The notes: generated by a model not told the origin, from the letters alone. Counted from the first letter of the stretch, positions 46,623 through 56,988 are shown. The stretch: DNA of 64,000 nt from Candidatus Lustribacter sp. (GCA_965277805.1 OZ255842.1:2208001-2272000), one strand, 5' to 3'. Program-made: numbers and translations.

Positions 46623-47321
46623 CTACGGCACGCTCATCAACGCGCCGAGATGCTGGGGCCGCGGAGCTTCTGCGGCGCGCAGCAACGCCCACAGCACGGA
46701 TTGATTGCTCGTGACGAGCGGCTTCGTCAACCCCGCTTCGATGCGATCGATCACCGAAAAGCACGAGACGTTGGCGCAGCTCAGCAGATAGCCGTCAGCG
46801 TCGGGGCGCTTTCCGGCCAAGAGCGTCTCTTCCCACACCGCCGGCGGGGTCGTGCAGTACGCATCGCTACCGGCCAAGTCCAGCGCCGTCAAGCCCGTCA
46901 CGCGATACCCCGCATCGGTGAAATACACGGCTTCATGTTCGGTTACGGCCTGTGAGTACGGGGTCACCAGCGCAAAGCTGCGCACGGAGAGGATGTCGAG
47001 CGCCTGCCGGATCGCAGTGGCCGTTGTCGTCACCGGCGCCGTCGTTACGCTCGCCATAGCCGCCAGCAGGCGCTGCTCGCCGTCATTGCCTTCGGACGTC
47101 GAGTTGGCCGTGCAGTGAAACGCGATGGCATCACAGCGGGCATCGTGGAGCGTGGCCGCGGCGCCGGCAACGGCAGGCAGCAGATCCTCGATCGGGCGTT
47201 CGAACTGTCCGGTCATTCGTAGCCGCGCGATGTGCGCGGTTACGCCGGCCGGAAGGGCACGCACCATCTCCTGTTCGACCATCCTGTTCGACGACGGGAT
47301 GATCAGCCCAATCCGTTTCAC
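46623..47321 (-). CDS. Maleate cis-trans isomerase / Asp-Glu racemase superfamily protein
   Basis: RIGLIIPSSN, two catalytic-type Cys (FHCTA, LSCAN), VTPY and KPLVTSNQ. Confidence 0.87.
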   Translation of the reverse strand: MKRIGLIIPSSNRMVEQEMVRALPAGVTAHIARLRMTGQFERPIEDLLPAVAGAAATLHDARCDAIAFHCTANSTSEGNDGEQRLLAAMASVTTAPVTTTATAIRQALDILSVRSFALVTPYSQAVTEHEAVYFTDAGYRVTGLTALDLAGSDAYCTTPPAVWEETLLAGKRPDADGYLLSCANVSCFSVIDRIEAGLTKPLVTSNQSVLWALLRAAEAPRPQHLGALMSVP

Positions 47322-47333
47322 GCGTCGATATGC

Positions 47334-48308
47334 CTACGTTCGGGCGATCAGCGTCCGCGCATCGACCGGCTTCGTGAACATCTTGTTCTGCATCGCGATG
47401 TCTAACACGGGTTGAATGATTTCCGGCGTCATCGAGGTTGCGTACAGCGTTCGCTGCATACCGGCCGCCTTCACGGGATCGAGCTTGCCGTCGCGAACCA
47501 GAATGTTGAACGTTTCGTCGTGGTGCGTATTAGCCCAGCGCGCGTTATCGTAGATCGCGTTCACCGCGCGCCGCGCGCGGACCGGGTCGGCTTCCATCCA
47601 TGCTTGTGACGCGTACCAGACCGAAACGCAGAACTGTTTGCCTTTTGCGAGGTCGGCTGCCGCATCATATGGCGCACCGAGTGAGCGGACCTCGCCCTTC
47701 CCAAACGTGACAAACGGTTCGCTGATCAGCGCCGCGTCGACCGTCCCGCGCTGCAGCGCCGGGATGGCGAGCGTCGGCGGCATCTCGACGAAACGCACGG
47801 CGGATTCCGGCACTCCGTGGGAGGTGAGCCACGATTTCGTGCACGCCGTCGTCATCCCGACGAGCGTCGGCACGCCGATCGTCTTACCGACCAAATCCTT
47901 CACGTTGTGAAGCGGCGAATCCACAGCGACCGCCAGAAAGGCGGTGTTCGAGTCCATGGGCTCGCGGTAGAGTCCACCGCCGGCCACGAGGACGATCGGC
48001 ACGCCGGCATTGATGGCGTTGACGCCGGAAACTAAGTCGCCGGTTCCCATTTCGAGCGAGCCCCCGCCGATCGCCGCAGCGACGGCGCCGGCGTTGTATT
48101 GGCTGGTCGGTTGAACGTCGAAGCCCGCTTTTGCGAACGCACCGGAATCTTTCGCATAGAACGGTTCCGCAAAGAGGTCCGAAAAGACCCCGGCGACGCG
48201 AATAACGGTCGCCGATTGCGCCGATCCGACGCGCGGGATCGCGGTCGCGGCGAGGCCGCCTCCGATGGCCTTGAGGGCGGACGAGCGTGAGAGCACATTC
48301 TTCTGCAT
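47334..48308 (-). CDS. ABC solute-binding protein, NMT1/SsuA-like (orphan)
   Basis: GAVAAAIGGGSLEMG, VKDLVGKTIG, ARWANTHH and IQPVLD. Start ATG 48308. Confidence 0.85.
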   Translation of the reverse strand: MQKNVLSRSSALKAIGGGLAATAIPRVGSAQSATVIRVAGVFSDLFAEPFYAKDSGAFAKAGFDVQPTSQYNAGAVAAAIGGGSLEMGTGDLVSGVNAINAGVPIVLVAGGGLYREPMDSNTAFLAVAVDSPLHNVKDLVGKTIGVPTLVGMTTACTKSWLTSHGVPESAVRFVEMPPTLAIPALQRGTVDAALISEPFVTFGKGEVRSLGAPYDAAADLAKGKQFCVSVWYASQAWMEADPVRARRAVNAIYDNARWANTHHDETFNILVRDGKLDPVKAAGMQRTLYATSMTPEIIQPVLDIAMQNKMFTKPVDARTLIART

Positions 48309-48339
48309 ACTCACGCCTTGGAGAAAATCTCCAAACGTC

Positions 48340-49227
48340 CTACGTAGCCACGCCGACCGCCTCTGCGGCAATGCCGTCGAGTTCGGCCTTGATCCAGGGC
48401 GGCAACTCGATTTCCGCGACCGCGAGATTTTCGCGCAAATGCTCGAGCGACGACGTGCCCGGGATCAGTAGGATGTTCGGCGAGCGCTGCAAGAGCCACG
48501 CCAGCGCCGTTTGCATGACCGTCGCGCCGAGCTGCGCGGCAGCGTTTGAAAGCGTGGCCGACTGCAGCGGCGTGAATCCGCCAAGCGGAAAGAACGGAAC
48601 GTAGGGAATCCCGTCGGCTGCTAGCGCGTCGATCAAGGCGTCGTCTTCACGGTGCGCGACGTTATAGTGATTCTGCACGCAGACGATTTCGGTAATGCGG
48701 CGACCCTCCGCAACCTGCGTGGGGGTTACGTTGCTCAAACCGATGTGCTTGATCAAGCCCGCTTGCTGCAACTCGGCGAGGATGGTGAGTCCCGCCTCGA
48801 TCGAACCCTCGCTCGGGCCGTGTCCGTCACCCATGATGCGCAGGTTGGCAATTTCGATCGCGTCGAGACCCAGATTGCGCATGTTGTCGAGAGTCGCTTG
48901 CTTGAGCTCGGCCGGCGACATCGCCGGATTCCACGACGCATTCGCACCGCGCAATGCGCCGAGCTTCGTCACGATCACGAGATCGTCGGGGTACGGATGC
49001 AGCGCCTCGCGGATAATTTGGTTGGTAATGTGCGGGCCGTAGTAGTCGCTGGTGTCGATATGGTTGACGCCGTTTGCGACCGCCTCGCGTAACACATCGA
49101 TTGCGGCCTTGCGATCGTTCGGCGGTCCGAACACGCCGGGACCGGCAAGCTGCATCGCGCCGTAGCCCAATCGTGTGACCGATCGGTCGCCGAGCTTGTA
49201 TGACCCGGCGTTCTGGAGATTACTCAT
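48340..49227 (-). CDS. Aldo/keto reductase (YdbC-like)
   Basis: RLGYGAMQLAGPGVFGP, HIDTSDYYGP, HIGLSN and IPGTSS. TATACT lies 6 nt before ATG 49227, so probably leaderless. Confidence 0.92.
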   Translation of the reverse strand: MSNLQNAGSYKLGDRSVTRLGYGAMQLAGPGVFGPPNDRKAAIDVLREAVANGVNHIDTSDYYGPHITNQIIREALHPYPDDLVIVTKLGALRGANASWNPAMSPAELKQATLDNMRNLGLDAIEIANLRIMGDGHGPSEGSIEAGLTILAELQQAGLIKHIGLSNVTPTQVAEGRRITEIVCVQNHYNVAHREDDALIDALAADGIPYVPFFPLGGFTPLQSATLSNAAAQLGATVMQTALAWLLQRSPNILLIPGTSSLEHLRENLAVAEIELPPWIKAELDGIAAEAVGVAT

Positions 49228-49300
49228 GCCTACAGTATACCCGGGTCGCATCCATCGCTGGAACGGGTTTTCCGGCTCGGGCTAGCCAATCTGGAATTTC

Positions 49301-50110
49301 ATGCCGGCTAAGATCAACCACCTCGCCATCGTGAGCGAAAAGTACGCGATCGCTGGGAAGTTCTACGAGGCGATGTTCGGGATGCGCACCTCGCCGAACG
49401 CCCGCCCTGCCCGCGCGGTGACGGTCGGCGACGGCTACGTCGGATTGAACATCAACCCGCGCTTCATCGGCCGCCCGGCGCGCTTCGATCACTTCGGCGT
49501 GGAAGTCGACGACGCGGAAGGCACGTTCGATCACATCGGCCGCACCTATCCGACCGTAAAATGGCTCAAGCGTCCGACAAATCGGCCGTTCGCCGGCGTG
49601 ACCACCCACGATCCAGACGGCAACGTGTTCGATATTTCGCAGAAGGCGATGGAAAACCGCACCGATATTTACGCCGACAATAACGCGTTGAACGAGCGGC
49701 ACGTGCGGCACTTCGGCTTCCGCACGCTCAACCCCGAAGCGATGGCCGGCTTCTACACCGACGTTTTCAAGTTCAAGCGCATCGACGCGGCGCTCGGCGA
49801 TGCGAACCGGTATCTCACCGATGGGCACATCACGATGGTCGTGATGCCGTGGGCAATCACCGATTACGACGGCACCGGTATCGTGTCGCCGTCCATGGAC
49901 CACATCGGCTTCCGCGTTGAGAATCTCGAAACGTTCAAAGCGGACGTCGACCGCGTCGGCGGCTCGAATCCGTATCTCGCACCCTCGCTGTTGCAAGGCG
50001 GCCCCGAAGACCGGGCGCGCATGGAGTTGGCGCGGCGCAGCTGCCCGCTCTGCGAGCACTACTTGGTCGACGTCGACGGCGTGCTGATCTCGGCGTCGGA
50101 GAGCGCCTAA
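49301..50110 (+). CDS. Two-domain VOC/glyoxalase family protein
   Basis: INHLAI..FYEAMFG, DHFGVEV and HDPDGNVFDI, then a second module RHFGFR..DHIGFRV. Confidence 0.82.
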   Translation: MPAKINHLAIVSEKYAIAGKFYEAMFGMRTSPNARPARAVTVGDGYVGLNINPRFIGRPARFDHFGVEVDDAEGTFDHIGRTYPTVKWLKRPTNRPFAGVTTHDPDGNVFDISQKAMENRTDIYADNNALNERHVRHFGFRTLNPEAMAGFYTDVFKFKRIDAALGDANRYLTDGHITMVVMPWAITDYDGTGIVSPSMDHIGFRVENLETFKADVDRVGGSNPYLAPSLLQGGPEDRARMELARRSCPLCEHYLVDVDGVLISASESA

Positions 50111-50113
50111 AGC

Positions 50114-51055
50114 ATGCGCGGCCCATCGCGTGCCGCATTGATCCGCGACCTCGCGGGACTTGCGGCCGTAGCCGCGGCAGGCGCTCCACGCCTTGCGCAA
50201 GCCGCCGGCCCGATTCGCTTTCTCACGGTCGGCAGCGAGTCGGGCGCTGCGGCCGTGTACGCATCCGAGGAGAATTTCTTCAAGGGCGCCGGTGCCGATG
50301 TCAACGTGTCGATCATGGCGAGCGGCGGCAGCGTGATCCCGGCCGTCATCGGCGGCAGCGCGGAGTTCGGCGTGTCGAATCCGATTTCGCTCGCGACCGC
50401 CTTTTCGCACGGCGCTCCGATCGTCTGCTTCGCTGCCACCGTGTACTATCGCACGAGCGCGCCGAACTCGCTGCTGATGGTTGCCAAAGACTCGCCGGTG
50501 CAAAATGCCCGCGACCTAAACGGGAAGACGATCGCCGTCAACGGGTTGCGCAATACGCCGGAATTATCGACGCAAGTGTGGCTCGACAAAAACGGGGCCG
50601 ACTCGAAGAGCGTCAAGTTCACCGAAGTGCCCTTTCCGGAGATGGGCCTGGCGCTGACGAGCGGCCGCGTCGATGCGGCCTTCTTCTCCGAGCCGGCGCT
50701 CAGCCTCGTGCGGAGCAATCTGCGCGTGCTCGGCGACCCCTACGGCGCGATCGCCTCGCAATTCATCACCGGATCGTATTTCACCACGCGCGCGTATGCT
50801 GCCGCGCAACCAAGCGTGGTGGCGAACGTGGGGCGCGCGCTGCGGCAAGCGGCGACCTGGGCGAACGGACATCCGAACGATACCGCCGCGATCCTGGCCC
50901 GCATCCAAAAGCTCGACATCGATCGCGTCAAAACGATGGCTCGCTCGATCTATGCAGAGCAGCTGAGCCCCAACGACTTGCAGCCGGTGTTCGACGTCGC
51001 ATTCAAGTACGGTTACCTGCCCGCGGAAATCAACGCAAAAGCGCTGATTCTCTAG
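50114..51055 (+). CDS. ABC solute-binding protein, NMT1/SsuA-like (orphan)
   Basis: SGGSVIPAVIGGSAEFG, ARDLNGKTIAV, WLDKNGADSKSVKFTEVPFP and LQPVFD. Confidence 0.87.
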   Translation: MRGPSRAALIRDLAGLAAVAAAGAPRLAQAAGPIRFLTVGSESGAAAVYASEENFFKGAGADVNVSIMASGGSVIPAVIGGSAEFGVSNPISLATAFSHGAPIVCFAATVYYRTSAPNSLLMVAKDSPVQNARDLNGKTIAVNGLRNTPELSTQVWLDKNGADSKSVKFTEVPFPEMGLALTSGRVDAAFFSEPALSLVRSNLRVLGDPYGAIASQFITGSYFTTRAYAAAQPSVVANVGRALRQAATWANGHPNDTAAILARIQKLDIDRVKTMARSIYAEQLSPNDLQPVFDVAFKYGYLPAEINAKALIL

Positions 51056-51100
51056 ACGAAAGAGGGTGGAGTCCGTGCGGCCTGCAAGACCACGGGCGCG

Positions 51101-52066
51101 ATGGAAAACGCCAGTCTAGACGTTGTTGGAATCGGTAACGCGATCGTCGATGTGATCGCGACGGCCGAGGAGGCCTTTCTCGAATATCATGGGATGACCA
51201 AAGGCTCGATGACGCTCATCGACGAGGAACGGGCCGAGCTCATCTATGGTGCGATGGGGCCGGGCGCCGTCTCCTCCGGCGGATCGGCCGGCAACACCGT
51301 CGCATGGATCGCCGAAATGGGCGGTGCCGCCGGTTACATCGGCAAAGTTCGCGATGACGAATTGGGACGTGCGTTCCGCAGCGACATCACGCAGACGGGC
51401 GCCGTTTTCCGCAGCGCTCCCGCGACGGACGGTCCGTCCACCGCACGGTGTTTGATCCTGGTCACGCCCGACTCGCAACGCACCATGAATACGTTCCTCG
51501 GCGCCTGCGTCAATCTCACGATCGCCGACATCGACGCCGACCTGATTCAAAACGCCCATGTCACGCATCTCGAGGGCTACCTCTACGATGAGCCGCATTG
51601 TAAGGAAGCGTTTCATGCCGCCGCCGAGATCGCTCACGCAGCCGGCCGCAAAGTCAGCCTTTCGCTATCCGACCAGTTCTGCGTCGACCGGCACCATTCG
51701 GACTTCTTCCGCCTCGTCGATCACCACGTCGACATCCTCATTGCGAACCGCGCGGAAATCCAAGCTCTCTTCAAAACGTCGACCGTCGACGATGCCGTGC
51801 AGAAAGTGCGCTCGATGACGGAGCTCGCTGCCATAACGCTCGATAAGGACGGCTCTCTCATCGTGACGCGCGATGCCGTGATCGAAATCAAGCCCGTACC
51901 GGCGAACGTCATCGATACGACCGGCGCCGGCGATGCATATGCTGCCGGATTCCTGTATGGCTTAACCCACGGCCGTCCGTTACAAGAGTGCGGCGATATC
52001 GCTAGCGCCGCTGCCGGCGAGGTGATCAGCCACGTCGGCGCCCGCCGGCAGAAGACGCAAAAGTAA
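51101..52066 (+). CDS. PfkB family kinase, adenosine kinase-like
   Basis: GIGNAIVD, SGGSAGNT, RTMNTFLGA, LEGYL and DTTGAGDAYAAGFLYG. Confidence 0.92.
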   Translation: MENASLDVVGIGNAIVDVIATAEEAFLEYHGMTKGSMTLIDEERAELIYGAMGPGAVSSGGSAGNTVAWIAEMGGAAGYIGKVRDDELGRAFRSDITQTGAVFRSAPATDGPSTARCLILVTPDSQRTMNTFLGACVNLTIADIDADLIQNAHVTHLEGYLYDEPHCKEAFHAAAEIAHAAGRKVSLSLSDQFCVDRHHSDFFRLVDHHVDILIANRAEIQALFKTSTVDDAVQKVRSMTELAAITLDKDGSLIVTRDAVIEIKPVPANVIDTTGAGDAYAAGFLYGLTHGRPLQECGDIASAAAGEVISHVGARRQKTQK

Positions 52067-52084
52067 CCCTCGAAGGGATCTCAC

Positions 52085-53332
52085 GTGGCTAGAATCGTCG
52101 GATCCATCGCAGCATCGCACACGCCGACCATCGGCTTTGCGTTCGATCAGAACAAACAGTCCGACCCGTCCTGGGCACCGATATTCGAAGCGTTCGCGCC
52201 CGTCCAGAAGTGGCTACTCGAGCAGCGCCCCGACGTCATCTTCTATATCTTCAACGATCACGGCACGTCGTTTTTCTTCGACCACTACTCCGCGTTCGCG
52301 CTCGGCATCGGCAACACGTACGCGCCGGCCGACGAAGGCGGCGGGCCCCGCAAGCTGCCGCCGCTGACCGGCCATCCGAAGCTCGCCGCGCACATCGGCA
52401 ACGCGCTGATGTCGGAGGAGTTCGATCTCTCGTTCTTTCAGGACAAGCCGCTCGACCACGGCGCCTTCTCGCCGCTCTCCGTGCTGTGCCCGCACGAGCC
52501 GGCTTGGCCCGCGCCGATCGTACCGCTGCAGATCGGGGTCATCCAGTTTCCGATTCCCTCGGCGAAGCGCTGCTACAAGCTCGGCGCGGCGCTGCGGCGC
52601 GCGATCGAGAGCTATCCCGACGACCTGCGCGTCGTCATCATCTCGACCGGCGGCCTCTCGCACCAGGTTCACGGCGAACGCGCCGGCTTCAACAACACCG
52701 AGTGGGACAAGCAGTTTCTCGAGATGCTGGAAAACGATCCGGCAGCGCTCGCCGAGATGACGCACGCGCAACTCGCCACGCTCGGCGGCTTCGAAGGCGC
52801 CGAGGTGATCATGCACCTCGTGATGCGCGGCGCGATGTCGGCGAACGTTCGCAAGATCCACCAAGGCTACTACCTGCCGTCCATGACCGGCATCGGCGTC
52901 GCGGTGTACGAGAACGAAGCGCTCGATCCGCCGGCGGGCGTGCACGATGCGTACCGCGCGCAGATCGCCCATCAGTTGGACGGGATTGAAAAGCTCAGCG
53001 GCACGTACCCGTTTACGCTCGAACGCAGCGTGGCCGCGTACCGCATCAACAAGTTCGTGCACGAGCTGATCGTGCCGGCCAATCGCGCCGCCTTTCTCGA
53101 AGATCCCGAAGCCGCGTTCGCTCGTGCCACCCTCAGCGACGAGGAGCGCCGCATGATTCGCGACCGCGCGTGGCGCGACATGATCCACTACGGCGTGAGC
53201 TTCTTCATGCTCGAAAAGCTCGGCGCCGTGGTCGGCGTCTCAAATCTTCATATCTACGCCGCGATGCGGGGCGAATCGCTCGAAGAGTTTCAGAAGAGCC
53301 GCAACGCGCAGATCCTCTACTCGACCAGCTGA
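52085..53332 (+). CDS. galA: Gallate dioxygenase (LigB-LigA fused type, GalA/DesB-like)
   Basis: SHTPTIG, NDH, DEGGGPR, LDHG and TGGLSHQVHGERAG, plus a C-terminal LigA-like domain (GTYPFTLERS..YRINKF..GVSFFMLEKLGA). Confidence 0.88.
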   Translation: MARIVGSIAASHTPTIGFAFDQNKQSDPSWAPIFEAFAPVQKWLLEQRPDVIFYIFNDHGTSFFFDHYSAFALGIGNTYAPADEGGGPRKLPPLTGHPKLAAHIGNALMSEEFDLSFFQDKPLDHGAFSPLSVLCPHEPAWPAPIVPLQIGVIQFPIPSAKRCYKLGAALRRAIESYPDDLRVVIISTGGLSHQVHGERAGFNNTEWDKQFLEMLENDPAALAEMTHAQLATLGGFEGAEVIMHLVMRGAMSANVRKIHQGYYLPSMTGIGVAVYENEALDPPAGVHDAYRAQIAHQLDGIEKLSGTYPFTLERSVAAYRINKFVHELIVPANRAAFLEDPEAAFARATLSDEERRMIRDRAWRDMIHYGVSFFMLEKLGAVVGVSNLHIYAAMRGESLEEFQKSRNAQILYSTS

Positions 53333-54066
53333 ACCGGCTTACGGCCCCAGAACATCTCGATGCCGTGCCATTCCATCGACTGCGCGCCCTCGACGAACGA
53401 GCCGCACAACTCCATCAGTTCTTCATTCGAATACTGCGAGGCATCTTCGTAGCCCATCTGCGGCGGGAACAGCTTAGCAAACCACTGGCGCATGTGTACG
53501 TCGGCCTCGATGCGCTGGCGGAAACGGTCGCCGCCGAGCGTCGCCTCCGCCATAACGATGCGTCGGCCCGGTTTCATCACGCGTAGCAGTTCCGGGCATG
53601 TTTCGCGCCAGTCGTCGCAATGCTGCGTCGACTGCATGATCGCGACGATGTCGTAGGCCTCATCGGGCTTGCCGTGGGTGTAGGTCCACTGCCAGCAGCC
53701 CGTGCGGCCGTTGCGTCCGCGCACCCCGGCCAGCACGGCGTCCCGCCCTTCTTTGATGATTTCGACGATATCGACCGTGCCGGCCGGTCCGACCAATGCC
53801 CGCAAGCCGTCGCCCCACCCATTCACTTCGACAGCTTCGCCGATCACGAGCACCTTGTCGCCGGCGCGCACCTCGAGCAGGCCGTACAGCACGTCGGTCA
53901 ACGGACGCGCGACCACATTCCAGATGTACGGCAGCCCGCCGGCAAACGCGAACGCCAATTGCCATCGCTTACGCACATCATAATCTGCGATATCGGCGCC
54001 GAACATGTCGACGTCCCACGGCTGGACGAAGTCGAAGGGTTGCGCGTCGCTTTTGGGATCGCTCAT
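53317..54066 (-). CDS. Class I SAM-methyltransferase-like protein
   Basis: LEVRAGDKVLVIG, VGPAGTV, YDIVA and ELLRVMKPGRRIV. Motif I is degenerate. Confidence 0.65.
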   Translation of the reverse strand: MSDPKSDAQPFDFVQPWDVDMFGADIADYDVRKRWQLAFAFAGGLPYIWNVVARPLTDVLYGLLEVRAGDKVLVIGEAVEVNGWGDGLRALVGPAGTVDIVEIIKEGRDAVLAGVRGRNGRTGCWQWTYTHGKPDEAYDIVAIMQSTQHCDDWRETCPELLRVMKPGRRIVMAEATLGGDRFRQRIEADVHMRQWFAKLFPPQMGYEDASQYSNEELMELCGSFVEGAQSMEWHGIEMFWGRKPVQLVE

Positions 54067-54645
54067 CTATGCGTGCTCACTTGCCGCCGTTTGGCCGCGC
54101 ATGTCGGGTAGCGGTCGCGCGTTGCCTGGGACCGGGGCGTCGAAGGTGTTGATCATCATCGCCGCCGTCGTATAAAACCCCGCTACCGTGATCATCTCGA
54201 TGAACAGGTCGAGCCCAAAGGCGCCGAGCACGAGACCGTACGTCTCTTCGGAAACGGTGCGCGTCCGCATGAGTTCGCTCGTCAACGCGACCACGATGCG
54301 TTCATCCTCGCGCTGGAATGCCGGTTCGCGGCCCTCACGGATCGCCGCCGCGATGCCGGGGTCAAGACCGGCCTTCATGGCCGCCGGCTCGTGCACGAAC
54401 CATTCGTACTGCGCGTTCCAATAGCGCGCGATCACGAGCACCATTAACTCGAACAACCGCCGGTCGAGCTTCCCGTCCAAACGCAGCGCGTTGCCGAAGC
54501 GGTTCGCCACGTCGGCGATCTGCGGTAGCCGAATCCAAAGCGCGAACGGCCCGCCGACGTTGCCGCGCGGACCTTTGATCTCTTCATACAGCCGTTGCTG
54601 GTCGACGCTCATCGCCTGCGGATCGAGGTCGGGAACCCGGCTCAT
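54067..54645 (-). CDS. Carboxymuconolactone decarboxylase (AhpD/CMD) family protein
   Basis: GPRGNVGGPF, ELMVLVIARYWNAQYEWFVH and AGFY. Confidence 0.85.
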   Translation of the reverse strand: MSRVPDLDPQAMSVDQQRLYEEIKGPRGNVGGPFALWIRLPQIADVANRFGNALRLDGKLDRRLFELMVLVIARYWNAQYEWFVHEPAAMKAGLDPGIAAAIREGREPAFQREDERIVVALTSELMRTRTVSEETYGLVLGAFGLDLFIEMITVAGFYTTAAMMINTFDAPVPGNARPLPDMRGQTAASEHA

Positions 54646-54664
54646 AGCGGCACACCGCCGGGCA

Positions 54665-55843
54665 TCATGAGCGAGCCTCTTGGCCCGGGGTGTCGACCAT
54701 GTCGTACCAGTGTTCGGACGCCTCGAAGCGGATGCACTCGTTCTGCGCCGGATCGCGAACCACGGCGACCGTCGGTGCCTCGCCGCGTTCGACGCGCCCT
54801 ATTTGCTCGGCCAGCATGCGCCGGAACATCACGATTCCGCGGTCGGTCGCGCCGAGATTCTCGAGGCTCCGGTCCGCGATCGCGCCCTGCGTTTCCCAAA
54901 CCACACGATCTTGGCCGTAAAACGTGTCGATACCGATGTCCTCGATCGTCAACCCGGGCGGGTCGAAGTCCTCGGTGTAGGGCGTCTCGGCGTCGGGAAC
55001 GATCGGGCCGGCCCCGGCAGGGAGCAATCCGACCCACACGATGCGCGTCGTCTCGTCGTCGATCGGGATACGAAAGTGCATCGCTTCCACCGGGCCCTCA
55101 GGCGTCCGCAAGATGTTCGGAAAAATGAACGGCGGCCAGGTCGCGAGCTCCGGATGGTCGCCGCCGTACTGCATGGATTTCTCGATTCCCCACTCGCAAA
55201 CACGCCAGTCATACCCCGTGATGGGCCGGCAAAAATAATCGGATACCGCGTCCGCCGTGCCGCCGTTGAGCATGCGCATACGGTGTCCGTGGAGCCAGTA
55301 CAGATGGGTCGTGTCGGCGGTGTTCTCCTGAATCTGCAACCAGTTGCAGCGATGCGGCGGAAGCACCGCAATTTTTCGGGGCCGATCGTTTCGCGCAAGC
55401 ACATCCCAGCGCGGGAGAAGCGGAATGGTTTCTGGCGGTCCCATGTAGATGAAGAGCAGCCCGCCCAGTTGCCGGACGGGATAGGTGCGAATGCCGAGCC
55501 CGGCATGCGGGGTCGCGGTCTCGAACGGTCGCTCGACACACGTTCCGGCCGTGCAGTCGAATTTCCAGCCGTGATAGCAACAGCGAATTCCGTCCGGCTC
55601 GAGAAATCCGAAAAACAACGAGGCGCTTCGGTGGGGGCAACGCTCCTGCACGCACGCATAGGTTTCGTCAGCGCGGCGAAAGACGACGAGATCCTCGCCC
55701 AGCACACGCACGCGCTTGCGGTCGACGGCGTCATTAAGCGCCTTGGCCGGACACAACACCTGCCAGTACCGGCGCAATAGCTCGCCTGCCGGTGTACCCT
55801 GGGCGACTCGGGCGAGCCGGTCGTTCTCGTCACTCGTTAGCAT
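54665..55843 (-). CDS. Rieske non-heme iron oxygenase alpha subunit (phthalate-DO/LigX-like)
   Basis: MLTSDENDRL..GTPAGELLRRYW, CPHRS...RCCYHGW and ENTADTTHLYWLH. AAAGGA RBS. Confidence 0.9.
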   Translation of the reverse strand: MLTSDENDRLARVAQGTPAGELLRRYWQVLCPAKALNDAVDRKRVRVLGEDLVVFRRADETYACVQERCPHRSASLFFGFLEPDGIRCCYHGWKFDCTAGTCVERPFETATPHAGLGIRTYPVRQLGGLLFIYMGPPETIPLLPRWDVLARNDRPRKIAVLPPHRCNWLQIQENTADTTHLYWLHGHRMRMLNGGTADAVSDYFCRPITGYDWRVCEWGIEKSMQYGGDHPELATWPPFIFPNILRTPEGPVEAMHFRIPIDDETTRIVWVGLLPAGAGPIVPDAETPYTEDFDPPGLTIEDIGIDTFYGQDRVVWETQGAIADRSLENLGATDRGIVMFRRMLAEQIGRVERGEAPTVAVVRDPAQNECIRFEASEHWYDMVDTPGQEARS

Positions 55844-55933
55844 CGATCGATCCTTTCCGAATTGGAGGTTCCCAGTGCTGCCTTGCCGCACCATCGCAGC
55901 AGACGTTAAAATTCAATCTCATTGGAGGCTTCT

Positions 55934-56974
55934 ATGCGGCATAGTCGTTTCACTGCGAGCTCGCTGCGCACGTTGGCAACAGTCGTCTGCGCACTCGCGA
56001 TGCCACTCAATGCCGGCGTTCCGGCGCTCGCCCAAGGAGCGCCGAACGGCGTTGAGACGATCAATGTGGGTACGTTCGGCCAAGGCATCGGGCCTTGGTG
56101 CATCGACGTCGCACGGGACCGCGGATTCTTCGATCAGGCCGGCGTCAAGATCGCGAGCACCATCGTGTTGTACGGCGACGCACCGATCATCAGCGCGCTC
56201 ATCAGCCGCCAAGTCGATATCGTTTTCGCCGGAACGGGTACGCTCGTGCCGCAAGCCAACGGCCAAACCGATCAAATCGCGGTCGTCGGCGGCGGCGAAG
56301 GCTATCCCGTTTCGCTCGTCGCTCCGGATTCGATCACGTCTGCCGCGCAGCTCGTCGGCAAGACGATCGATATGCCGGACAAATCGTCCTCGCTCACGAT
56401 CATCGGCACGAAGCAAGTCGACGCGCTCGTCGGCAAGGGCAAGTGGAACGCGATCTATAGCGGCGGAGCCAATGCCGCGCACTTCGCACTGCTGGCCGGC
56501 GGCCAAGTCCAGGCCGTGCTCGTCAACGATCCGGTCACTTTACCGCCGGATCAGCACTTGCACATCTTGGCGCGCCTCAATGCCGGGCAAGCCTACAACA
56601 ACGGACCGATTCTCACCACTAAAGCGTTCCTTCAATCGAAGCCGCAAGCCGCGATCCGCTTCCTGGCCGGCGTGGCCGCCGGTTGCAACTTCATCCTCAA
56701 TCCAAAAAACCGTACCGCATCGATCGACATTTTATCGAAGGATTCGGAAGTCGATCGCGACGCGTGCGCACAGGCCTACGATTTCTACGTCGCGGGACCG
56801 CAGCGCGGCCGCACGCCGCCGTTCGATGCGCGGCTAGACCGTAAGGCCTACGTCGCCGCCGTGAATTTGCTCAAAGAAGCCGGCACGATTACCGATAAAA
56901 CTTGGGACCCGCTGAGCGTCGTCGATGAATCGTACTTGGATAAAGCGCTGAAGATCGCCGGCAAACTGCACTAA
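55934..56974 (+). CDS. ABC solute-binding protein, NMT1/THI5-like (orphan)
   Basis: GGAGG RBS, signal peptide, DRGFFDQAGV and AQLVGKTI. Confidence 0.82.
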   Translation: MRHSRFTASSLRTLATVVCALAMPLNAGVPALAQGAPNGVETINVGTFGQGIGPWCIDVARDRGFFDQAGVKIASTIVLYGDAPIISALISRQVDIVFAGTGTLVPQANGQTDQIAVVGGGEGYPVSLVAPDSITSAAQLVGKTIDMPDKSSSLTIIGTKQVDALVGKGKWNAIYSGGANAAHFALLAGGQVQAVLVNDPVTLPPDQHLHILARLNAGQAYNNGPILTTKAFLQSKPQAAIRFLAGVAAGCNFILNPKNRTASIDILSKDSEVDRDACAQAYDFYVAGPQRGRTPPFDARLDRKAYVAAVNLLKEAGTITDKTWDPLSVVDESYLDKALKIAGKLH

Positions 56975-56988
56975 GGAGCCCTTTTCCG

